A stretch of DNA of 46,351 nucleotides, from IMG/VR virus record IMGVR_UViG_3300032312_000634, positions 1 to 46,351 of that record; one strand, given 5' to 3'. The notes under the pieces are model-generated. The model had not been told where the DNA came from. It searched no databases and saw nothing but the letters and a program-made list of their open reading frames with translations. Origin of the DNA: a virus (taxonomy: Duplodnaviria; Caudoviricetes). Below, piece after piece: positions 1 through 9,400 of this stretch; the first letter of the stretch is position 1; each line of letters starts with the position of its first letter. The position numbers were made by a program, and so were the translations under genes.

Positions 1-1
1 C

Positions 2-3000
2 ATATATTCCTGAATTTCTACCTGTCAATAATAGTGATGCACTATTAGATAGTCTCGTATTCGATATTGATAATGGCGATGTGGGTACTATATTACTATT
101 TGCATTTGTGTATAAACCTCTACCTTTTAATAATATAATATCTGACATATAACCTGTCACATGAGTGCTACCAGTAGCATCTTTCCCTATTGAAACTGGG
201 TTTGCTGGTCCATAATTTTGACTATCTGAATAGGTTACACCGAATTGTTGGCCATTAATAAACATTCTAGTGCTACCTGAGACCTTTGATACTGCAATAT
301 GTGTCCATTGATACAAAAATCTAGCTAGAGGGCTAGCTGTAATTGCACCTACATTATTAACAAAAAGTGTAATGTTAGTTCCGTTATGATACACTAGTAG
401 ACGTTGGCTTCCTGATGTATATAAATCTATCCAATCCTGTCTAGTGCTGGGTGATGAAGTTGGATATACCCAAAATTCAATGTGCCAATCAGATGTACCA
501 AAACCAAATGTTGTGTTTGAAGCTATATTTAAAAAATCTCCGGTCCCATCCAAATAAAATGAAGAACCATGTAATGAAGGATCGTATGAAACTGTAGGCT
601 TAAAAGGTGAATAATTTATTGCTCTCGCTTGACCTGCTGGTGTTATTAAAAATCCAGAACCAGAATTGGCGGTAGAATTATCTATGAATCTATTAGATTG
701 ACATGTTAATAATACGGTGTTTGTTACTGCTGTTAAATTATTTGATTGTATTGTAGTATTTGCTGTATATAATGCATTGCCAATAACAAATCTAAAATTG
801 GAAATGTAACCATTAATTAAAGATGAAGGAGTGCCTGAATCATTATTTCCTCCAATAATTATAACGTTATTTGAAGATATATTGTTAGATACGGTAGCAC
901 TGGTTAATTGTGTTCCATTCACAAATAATCTTAATGTTGAACCTGATCTTGTGGCAGCTAAGTGATACCAAGTTTCTCTTTGAAACGTGTAACTTCCAGA
1001 TACAATTAAACCTGCTCCATATGAAAAGTTTAACGTTGTTCCTGTGCCTGAGATATATAATAACCAATTTCTACCTGAAGATGACCTATAATCTCCAGCA
1101 ATACCTATATCCGAACCAATTGCAGATAAATAAACCCAACCCTCAACAGTAAAGTCTTTTGTTCCTATTATCTGTTGTGAACTATTTGCAACTGATAAGT
1201 AATCGCCTGTTCCATCAAAATAAGCAGACCAACCACTTTGACTGAAAGGTGAAAAAGAACTTTGTGTAATATTACCATTACGAATTAAAATGTTTCTATG
1301 TCCAGATTCATCGATAAATCTAGAAGTATTGTCTCCCATTCGGTTTTGTAGAGTCAATAACGCAGTATTCGATACAACTTGAAGTGGCGTACTTGATATT
1401 GTTGTATTTGCTGAATAGACTGAAGATCCGTTTACAAATCTAAAATTGCTTATATGACCATTAAGCACTTGACTTCCATCAAATCTTGAACCAATATACA
1501 TTCGACCATCTACATAATTATTATTATCTGTATAATTTGAACCAATTTGTTGACCGTTAAGGAACATTTTAGTTACACCAGAAGTTCTCGATACTGCAAG
1601 ATGAGCCCATGTTCCAACTACAGGAGCCAAAGAAACAACTATAGCATTAGTTGAACCAACAGAATAGGCATGCTGTGTTGCTGTTATAAAGATATGTGGT
1701 GCAATGGTTGCTGTCGCAGTTCTTTGATCCATAAAATTCGTGTTGGCAGAAGGAGCAGCGTATAGATAATACCAAAATTCAATTGTAAAATCAGCTGTAC
1801 CAATTGCTAAACTTGTCGTATTTGAAACTAAAACATAATCACCTGTTCCATCAAAATAAGCAGAACCAGTAGATAAATCAGTTTCGGAAAAAGGACCAAA
1901 AGCTTTGATTGATGTATTAGCGGTTTTAGTAATAGTGTATGCGTTATTACTTTCATCTATAAAACGGTTATCTTGTGCAACTAATAATTGAGTATTTTGA
2001 ATAACATCTAATGGTGATGTTGGCACAGTTGGTGCAGCAGTGCCGGTTCCATTAAGGACTCTAAGGTTTGAAATAAATCCATTGAAGAAATTAGAAATCG
2101 AATTACCATTAGTACCTATAACTGGCCTGCTTGCGCCGTTTATATAATTTGTACTATCAGTATAAGTTGATCCAGCTTGAACACCATCAAGAAACATTCT
2201 AGTGCTTCCGGATACTCTAGATACAACTAAGTGATACCATCGGTTAGGTAAAATCGTACCTGAAGTTATACGATTTGATCCATTAACATAATAAGCAACA
2301 GTAGAAGTTGCATTTGGTATATATATCACAGGTGCTAATTGAGGGTCAGTTGTTCTGGAGTCATAAATGAATCCCAAGCTTGTTACATTATTGGCATTGA
2401 AAAAACACTCAATGGTAAAATCATTGTTACCAAATGCTAAATTACTATTTCCCGATACGGTTATGTAATCGGATGTTCCATTGTAAAAAATCGACCAGTT
2501 TGTATTGAATGGACTAAAAGCACTAGGCTTAGCATCTGCTACAACAGTTGACATCAATTTATTTGCACTAGTATCTGTTATCCAAGTGCTGTTGTTTGTT
2601 TTTAGAAGTAATGGAGTTACATACAAGTATATGTCACCAATACTTACTGTGACACTAAACACTTTTGAAGTATCTTGAAATTCTAAGTCGGTTGCAATTA
2701 AAGTAAATGAGTATGTGGTTTCTGTTGTTCCTGCAACAGTTCCACTTAGTAGTCCTCCAGTTGTTAGTGATACACCACCAGGCAAACTACTTCCATTATC
2801 TAATGAATAAGCAACTGTTGAATCTGAAGTCGCTAACAATTGAATACTAAATGCAATGTTAGCAATTTGTTCAGCCAAAGGTGATACTGTAATCCATGCA
2901 GGAGTACCACTGGCCACGATTCCAGATAGTCTAATTGCAACACTATTATCCGGATTTACTACATAAACTTGTAGAGTTCCACTTGACAATACAGGAGTAA

Positions 3001-3382
3001 CCACTCTCAATTCTGTTGGACTAACATATGTTGTCGATGAGGCCGCAACTCCTTGTATATAAACGACAGCACCAGACTGAAAACCAATACCAATTAATTT
3101 TAAAAACCCACCAGATGTACTAATAGCAGTATCATCCAGATTATTAAAATTAGAATCTGTTACAAATATGTTGGTAATTTCTACAGCTTGAGCACCTCCG
3201 CCAATGGGATAAGCATTTGTTGTATCTACTGCACCAACACTGACATTCGACCAAGCAGTTGGAAAATTTAAAATGTGTGTTACTGTTGCAGGCGCAATAG
3301 ATATTTTATTACTTGTGCCTACAGCTGCAGCAACAGAACTTCTATTTCTGCCTGTCTCTGATGATGTCAGTTTGATACTCAT
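2..3382 (-). CDS. Large virion/tail-fibre-associated lectin-like protein (IPT/TIG-like and Ig-like domains, then at least 4 LamG/concanavalin-A-like domains); 3' end lies beyond the window
   Basis: Not in the ORF track because it has no stop codon in the window. The ATG at 3382-3380 overlaps the TAA of the upstream ORF (TAATG). Manual translation gives MSIKLTSSETGRN..., 'TTYVSPTELRVVTP' (IPT-like), 'SLPGGVSLTTGGLLSGT' (He_PIG-like Ig), and four copies of 'S(A/I/F)(Y/F)..GT.D(Y/F)...D(F/W).(I/V)E..' followed by 'G.ISN.R'-type LamG motifs. Frame checked at 1840 and at position 2. Confidence 0.85.
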   Translation of the reverse strand, partial: MSIKLTSSETGRNRSSVAAAVGTSNKISIAPATVTHILNFPTAWSNVSVGAVDTTNAYPIGGGAQAVEITNIFVTDSNFNNLDDTAISTSGGFLKLIGIGFQSGAVVYIQGVAASSTTYVSPTELRVVTPVLSSGTLQVYVVNPDNSVAIRLSGIVASGTPAWITVSPLAEQIANIAFSIQLLATSDSTVAYSLDNGSSLPGGVSLTTGGLLSGTVAGTTETTYSFTLIATDLEFQDTSKVFSVTVSIGDIYLYVTPLLLKTNNSTWITDTSANKLMSTVVADAKPSAFSPFNTNWSIFYNGTSDYITVSGNSNLAFGNNDFTIECFFNANNVTSLGFIYDSRTTDPQLAPVIYIPNATSTVAYYVNGSNRITSGTILPNRWYHLVVSRVSGSTRMFLDGVQAGSTYTDSTNYINGASRPVIGTNGNSISNFFNGFISNLRVLNGTGTAAPTVPTSPLDVIQNTQLLVAQDNRFIDESNNAYTITKTANTSIKAFGPFSETDLSTGSAYFDGTGDYVLVSNTTSLAIGTADFTIEFWYYLYAAPSANTNFMDQRTATATIAPHIFITATQHAYSVGSTNAIVVSLAPVVGTWAHLAVSRTSGVTKMFLNGQQIGSNYTDNNNYVDGRMYIGSRFDGSQVLNGHISNFRFVNGSSVYSANTTISSTPLQVVSNTALLTLQNRMGDNTSRFIDESGHRNILIRNGNITQSSFSPFSQSGWSAYFDGTGDYLSVANSSQQIIGTKDFTVEGWVYLSAIGSDIGIAGDYRSSSGRNWLLYISGTGTTLNFSYGAGLIVSGSYTFQRETWYHLAATRSGSTLRLFVNGTQLTSATVSNNISSNNVIIIGGNNDSGTPSSLINGYISNFRFVIGNALYTANTTIQSNNLTAVTNTVLLTCQSNRFIDNSTANSGSGFLITPAGQARAINYSPFKPTVSYDPSLHGSSFYLDGTGDFLNIASNTTFGFGTSDWHIEFWVYPTSSPSTRQDWIDLYTSGSQRLLVYHNGTNITLFVNNVGAITASPLARFLYQWTHIAVSKVSGSTRMFINGQQFGVTYSDSQNYGPANPVSIGKDATGSTHVTGYMSDIILLKGRGLYTNANSNIVPTSPLSISNTRLSNSASLLLTGRNSGIY

Positions 3383-3711
3383 TAACTAATCTCCGAACCA
3401 AATAAAGTAAAACTCATTGTTGAACTGTTCGCATATACGGAAATTACATCTGTATTACCTAGTGATGCACCTATAGTCAAATGTATGGTGTCATTGCTAG
3501 GTATTGGTGTGTCATAAGCAATATAATGTTTAGGATCGATTGATGCACCAGCAGGTCTCACCGCAACTCTAAATGATTGACTTGAAGTGGATTGATTACA
3601 TATACACAATGTAGAGATAACTGCACTTGTGCTTGCAGGTACAGTATATAATGTGCTTAATGATTGCGATGATGGATTAATTTGTCCTAATACTTTATAT
3701 GAAACTGTCAT
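3382..3711 (-). CDS. Small beta-rich virion protein (possible fibre adaptor)
   Basis: 109 aa with 'YKVLGQ..P....TLYTVPA...ISTL.ICN' pattern typical of small phage structural proteins; GAGG RBS upstream; translationally coupled to the next gene. Confidence 0.7.
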   Translation of the reverse strand: MTVSYKVLGQINPSSQSLSTLYTVPASTSAVISTLCICNQSTSSQSFRVAVRPAGASIDPKHYIAYDTPIPSNDTIHLTIGASLGNTDVISVYANSSTMSFTLFGSEIS

Positions 3712-3720
3712 TATTTCCTC

Positions 3721-5547
3721 TTACATTCCTGCTAGTAAAAATGGATTAAAAGAATTACTCTCTGTGATACTAGTATTTGCTCTATCAAATGCGGCCTGTG
3801 CTTTTACATCAACAGTATTTGCTTTATCGTAAGCATTTGATGCCGTGACACTAATTAAAGTGATATTAGTATTCTGTGTATTATTAACACCCTGAATATA
3901 GACGGTGTTAGCTGCAGCGCTGTTTGCTGTATCTCTAGCAAATTGATCTGTGCTACTTCCAGCACCACCCGTATTAGCCTTATCAAATGCCGCTTGCGTA
4001 TAAGCATTTAAGAATGTGATGTTCGTATTTTGTGTCGCATCTACACCTTGAGTGTATATAGTATTTGCTGCAGCAGAGTTTGCAGTATTTCTGGCATATT
4101 GATCCATATTACCAGCTGCAGCATTATTGGCTGTATCAAATGCTGCTTGCGCTAGCACATTTGCTGAGTTTGCTTTATCATAAGCACTTGATGCAAATGT
4201 ATTAACACTAGTAATATTGGTGTTTTGTGTTACATCCACACCTTGAGTATAGATGGTGTTAGCTGCAGCACTGTTTGCAGTATCTCTTGCAAATTGATCT
4301 GTACTTGTTGTAACACCAGTATTTGCTTTATCAAATGCAGCTTGTGCTTTTACATCGGCAGTATTTGCTTTATCGTAAGCTGAACCAGCAAACATATTAA
4401 CACTAGTAATATTATTGTTCTGTGTTGCATCAACACCTTGAGTATATATGGTGTTAGATGAAGCTGTATTGGCTACATCTCTAGCATATTGATCTGTACT
4501 GCTTGTGATGCCTGTATTAGCCTTATCAAAAGCAGCCTGAGTATATGATAATAGATTAGTTCCTTGAGAGTAAATATTAGTGGCCTGTATATCGCCTTCA
4601 ACACCAATACCACCAGCAACTTGTAATGCACCAGTTGTTTTGCTTGATGATGGAATCGTAGATTTTACAACAACGGTATTTGCTGATGTAATACGCATGA
4701 CAACATTTGCATCTTCTATACCGTTAGTAGCAAATACAATATCATTTGTTTTACCTGTAGCAATGATTGCATTACCACCACCAGTAGTTGTGTTACCATA
4801 AACAATCCAATAACCATCATTTGGTTTAATCAACCCATAACCTGGATAACTGTATGTGCTACTTGCTAAACCCAAATCTAAAAATGTATCTAGAACAGTA
4901 CCGTTGTCAGCAATTATAAACAAATCTGCGGAAGATAGGTTACCTTGGTTAATATTTTGCATATTAAGACCAGCATAACCAGCATAATTTGCTGTCATTT
5001 GAAATACTGTTTGTGGTTCTACCAAATACCCAGTAGGAATACCAGCATATAATGCGTTGAAACCATTAGATGCATATCCAAAAAATTGACCAGTATTACC
5101 TGTAACACTTACTGAGGTCACATTACCTGTGTAAGTAACATTACCACTAACACTCAAACTACCTTGAATAGAAACATTTCCTGCAATCGTACCACCACTA
5201 TTAACAAAAGTTGCACCTACGTTGGCTCGATTATATGCAGCATTTGCTTGACTAAATGCCTCTCTAGCCAAATCATCAGCTGAAGTGATTCTCGCATTTT
5301 GTGTGGTATCAACACCTTGTATTATTGAAATCTGAGTATTCTGTGTTGCATCTACACCTTGAGTATAGACGGTATTAGCTGATGCCGTATTGGCTGTGTT
5401 AAATGCCGCTTGTGCTAATATATTTGCAGAATTGGCCTGTAGAAAAGCAGCATTAATCTGTGAGGCAACATTCATACTACCGATAACTACTTCGGTATTA
5501 GCGTATAATGTTCCGTAAATTCGTGTGCCGTCTTTTAGTAATGCCAT
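3721..5547 (-). CDS. Repeat-rich tail fibre protein
   Basis: 608 aa; repeated 'AQAAFDKANT...DQ(Y/F)ARDTAN.A.ANTIYTQGVDATQNTNI' units shared with ORF 6466..10437; 'SSSKTTGALQVAGGIGV' fibre motif. Confidence 0.75.
   Translation of the reverse strand: MALLKDGTRIYGTLYANTEVVIGSMNVASQINAAFLQANSANILAQAAFNTANTASANTVYTQGVDATQNTQISIIQGVDTTQNARITSADDLAREAFSQANAAYNRANVGATFVNSGGTIAGNVSIQGSLSVSGNVTYTGNVTSVSVTGNTGQFFGYASNGFNALYAGIPTGYLVEPQTVFQMTANYAGYAGLNMQNINQGNLSSADLFIIADNGTVLDTFLDLGLASSTYSYPGYGLIKPNDGYWIVYGNTTTGGGNAIIATGKTNDIVFATNGIEDANVVMRITSANTVVVKSTIPSSSKTTGALQVAGGIGVEGDIQATNIYSQGTNLLSYTQAAFDKANTGITSSTDQYARDVANTASSNTIYTQGVDATQNNNITSVNMFAGSAYDKANTADVKAQAAFDKANTGVTTSTDQFARDTANSAAANTIYTQGVDVTQNTNITSVNTFASSAYDKANSANVLAQAAFDTANNAAAGNMDQYARNTANSAAANTIYTQGVDATQNTNITFLNAYTQAAFDKANTGGAGSSTDQFARDTANSAAANTVYIQGVNNTQNTNITLISVTASNAYDKANTVDVKAQAAFDRANTSITESNSFNPFLLAGM
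4277..4347. repeat. 71-bp perfect direct repeat, copy 1 (copy 2 at 8495-8565)
   Basis: gcagtatctcttgcaaattgatctgtacttgttgtaacaccagtatttgctttatcaaatgcagcttgtgc is identical at both sites. Confidence 0.92.
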
Positions 5548-5575
5548 TTTTTACTTTTTCATTTAAATGATTAGA

Positions 5576-5583
5576 TATTTATT
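5576..5583 (-). promoter_or_regulatory. Putative T4-type late promoter (AATAAATA)
   Basis: One mismatch to TATAAATA, in the intergenic gap upstream of the ATG at 5547. Confidence 0.55.
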
Positions 5584-5587
5584 ACTA

Positions 5588-6466
5588 TTAAAAAGGTGTA
5601 TATTCATCAAAGTAACCAGGTACTTGATATGTTCCATCAGATTTTCTTCTTTCGGCAACACTACTATCCAAATTAACTTCATCAAATTGTATTGCATATA
5701 TTCCTGTAGTAGAAACCCGCATCATAGGAAAATAAAGTGGTGTCAAACTATTATAAGTAACACCATTAATATTACTGACTGTAAAATTATTAGAGCTACT
5801 ATCTTTTAATAATGATGCACTATTAGATTGTAGCAATAGTAATCTTGTATTCGCAATAGCAGTTGGTGGAACGGTTGGTGGAGTAAAGTTACTTGTGTAT
5901 AATGCGGTACCATTAATAAATCTAAAGTTTGAAATATATCCATTAATCGAACCCGCTGTCGTTCCTGAACTACCAATGAGCATTGCTCCTGGTTGTGTTG
6001 TAATGCTTCGTGTCGAGACATTAACTGTGCCTTGACTTGTACCGTCAACGTATAAAGTAAGATTGGCACTATTACGAACAATCGCATAGTGGTGCCAAAC
6101 ATTTAAACTTGGTGGATTAGCCGCAAGATTTGTTGTTGTTTGAAAAGCACTACCATCTCCTATTATCAACTGAAATTGACTTGTACCACAGTTAAAGTAA
6201 TAGGCATTTGCTGAAAAAAGTGTGTAATTATCTCCATATGTCCAAGCAGTTGCAAACTGTCCACGATTAATCTGATACATCCAAAATTCAATAGTATGAT
6301 TGTTTGTACCTAATGTAAATGCACTATTTGCTGCAACACTCAGTCGAGTTGATGATGAAGATATAAACCTTGCACTTCCGCTTGGAGTTTGCAACACTGT
6401 TTCATCGAGGTCAACCGCTGACTGTAATACACCAGTTGAAAATAATTTAGAAATGGTCGTTGCCAT
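5588..6466 (-). CDS. LamG/concanavalin-A-like domain virion protein
   Basis: 'FTLGTNNHTIEFWMY', 'NVWHHYAIVRNSANLTLYVDG' and 'NGYISNFRFING.ALYTSNFTPPT' are LamG-like lectin motifs. Confidence 0.85.
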   Translation of the reverse strand: MATTISKLFSTGVLQSAVDLDETVLQTPSGSARFISSSSTRLSVAANSAFTLGTNNHTIEFWMYQINRGQFATAWTYGDNYTLFSANAYYFNCGTSQFQLIIGDGSAFQTTTNLAANPPSLNVWHHYAIVRNSANLTLYVDGTSQGTVNVSTRSITTQPGAMLIGSSGTTAGSINGYISNFRFINGTALYTSNFTPPTVPPTAIANTRLLLLQSNSASLLKDSSSNNFTVSNINGVTYNSLTPLYFPMMRVSTTGIYAIQFDEVNLDSSVAERRKSDGTYQVPGYFDEYTPF

Positions 6467-9400
6467 TATTCAAACACCGTATCTAAACTATTTGTGGCTG
6501 CATTATAATACTGATATACCATACTCACATTAGATGTGTTTGAAAAACCAACTCTATTTCCTACATAGATGCTATCTGAAACACCAACACCACCTATAAC
6601 TAATAGTGATCCAGTGTTAGGTTTGGTTGATGATATATTTGAATTAACATTTAATGATCCCGTTATGGTATCACCAGTTTTTAAGACTCTATTGTTTGCT
6701 GCCGTAAATGCAGCATTAGCTTGATTAAAGGCTGAAGCAGCGTAGTTATTTGTAGAACTAATATTAGTATTCTGTGTTGTGTTGACACCTTGTAATATTG
6801 TAATATTAGATGTAGCAGTATTAGCCGTATCTCTAGCAAATTGATCTACACTACTTGAAACACCTGTATTGGCTTTGTCAAATGCTGCCTGTGCTAGAGA
6901 ATTAACATTGGTGATGTTAGTATTCTGTGTTGTATTAACACCCTGAAGAATTGTAATATTTGAGGTTGCTGTATTAGCTGTATCTCTAGCGTATTGATCC
7001 ACACTACTTGTGGTAGCAGTATTTGCTTTATCAAATGCAGCTTGTGCTAGGTTAGTAGCACTAGTAATATTGGTGTTCTGTGTTGCATCAACGCCTTGTG
7101 TGTATATCGTATTCGCTACAGCACTATTTGCGGTATCTCTAGCATACTGGTCAGCAGTTATAGAAGTATTTGCTTTATCAAATGCAGCTTGAGCTAAAAC
7201 ATTTGATGAGTTTGATTTATCAAATCCAGCTTGAGCTAAAACACCAACAGTGTTAGCTTGGTTAAAGGCACTTCTGGCTAAATCATCAGCTGATGTGATT
7301 CTGTTATTCTGAGTTAAATTAACATCTTGTAGAGATGTAATAATATTGTTTTGTGTATCATTAACACCTTGAAGAATTGTAATATTGTTATTTTGAGTTA
7401 AATCAACATTTTGTAATGCTGTGATACTATTGTTCTGTGTTGTATTAACACCTTGAAGAACTGTAATACTATTGTTCTGTGCATCATTGACACCTTGTAA
7501 TGATGTGATACTATTATTCTGCGTGGTATTAACACCCTGAAGAATTGTAATATTAGATGTAGCGGTATTAGCTATATCTCTAGCATATTGATCTATATTT
7601 CCGGCTGCAGCAGTATTAGCTTTATCAAATGCAGCTTGCGCTAGAATATTGGCTGAATTTGCTTGGTTGTATGCTGAACCAGCAAAAGTATTAATGTTGG
7701 TAATGTTGGTGTTTTGAGTCGCATCTACACCTTGAGTGTATATTGTATTAGCTGAAGCATAGTTAGCTGTATTTCGTGCAACATTGTCGATGCCGTAACC
7801 AATAAACGCAGTGCTTTGAACTGCATTATCTGGAAATGTTAATGTACCATCGTCACCAAATGTCCATTGTTTTGATGTTCCTCCAGTATTGGTCCTAATG
7901 TTAATATTTGTATGAGCGTATAAATCAACAGATACCAACCCCATAAACAATGCAGTAGAATCATCACTAGTAGTTGTTAGATATGCGGAGTTGGCTCCGT
8001 AAGTATTAAAATCTAGTTTAGAGTTTCCTAATCCATTAATAATGGTGCGAGTATTTGCGTTATTTGCAGTATTAAACGCACCATTAGCTGTGTTAAATGC
8101 TGCTTGAGCATAATCATAAGCTGTCTTAACAGCCAATGGAGTTGCGGCATTTGCACCTGATACACCTAATGTAGAAGAAATACTATCACTTAATTCAACA
8201 ATACCTTTTACCAATCCAGATGCTGTTTGTGGTGAAGCAACACCTGCTGATATGATACGACCATTGGCCGCATAACCAATAACGGGAATTTGAGTAGAAC
8301 TACCAACTGATGAACCTACTAAAGAAATGTTAGTTACATCTGTATTCGCAACATTAAAAGCTGCCTGTGCTAAAACATTTGCTGAATTCGCTTTGTCAAA
8401 TGCACTTGAAGCAAATGTATTAATAGAAGTAATACTTGTATTCTGTGTATCATTGATAGTTTGCAAATATACTGTATTAGATGCGGCCGTATTAGCAGTA
8501 TCTCTTGCAAATTGATCTGTACTTGTTGTAACACCAGTATTTGCTTTATCAAATGCAGCTTGTGCCAGTACATTTGCTGAGTTTGCTTTATCGTAAGCAC
8601 TGGATGCGTAAGCATTAACCGATGTTATATTTGTATTCTGTGTATTATTGATAGTTTGCAGATATACAGTATTTGCTGCGGCTGTATTTGCAACATCAAA
8701 ACTTGCTTGAGCCAAAATACCAACAGTGTTCGCCTTTGCAAAACCACTAGTTGTATAGTTATATAATTCTATTTCATTTACAACTGCTGTAGATCCAATC
8801 AGATTGCCTTTGAATACTCCAGCATTTAAATTAGCTTTATTAAATGAGGCATTATTAATATTAATGTTGCTATTTGATGTTATCTCAGGAGTATATCCAT
8901 CAAAAACAAAAAATTCTTTTACAGATGCATCTCTAATAATACCTGTATGTGCATTTGTTCCAGCATTATAGTGGCCAGCAAAACCAATATCTAATAAGTC
9001 TGTTGTATAGTTGCCAACACCTAATGTAATTATTGAATCTTGTACAGAAAGTGATGAGGTATTAATTGTTGTTGCATTACCTAAAACAAACAAGTTGCCA
9101 GTAATCGACAAATCTCTAGTGATTAATACATTACCCGTAATAGTACCACCAGTGTTAACAAATGTGGCACCAACATTAGCTTGAGTAAAGGCCGCATTTG
9201 CTTGACCAAAAGCACTTCTGGCTAAATCATCAGCAGAAGTGATTCTTGAATTTTGAGTTACATCAACACTTTGTATTACTGTAATACTATTATTCTGCGT
9301 TAAGTTTGTTGCATACAATATAGAAATATCAGTATTCTGTGTTGTGTTAACACCTTGCAATACTGTAATACTATTATTCTGTGTTGTGTTAACACCTTGT

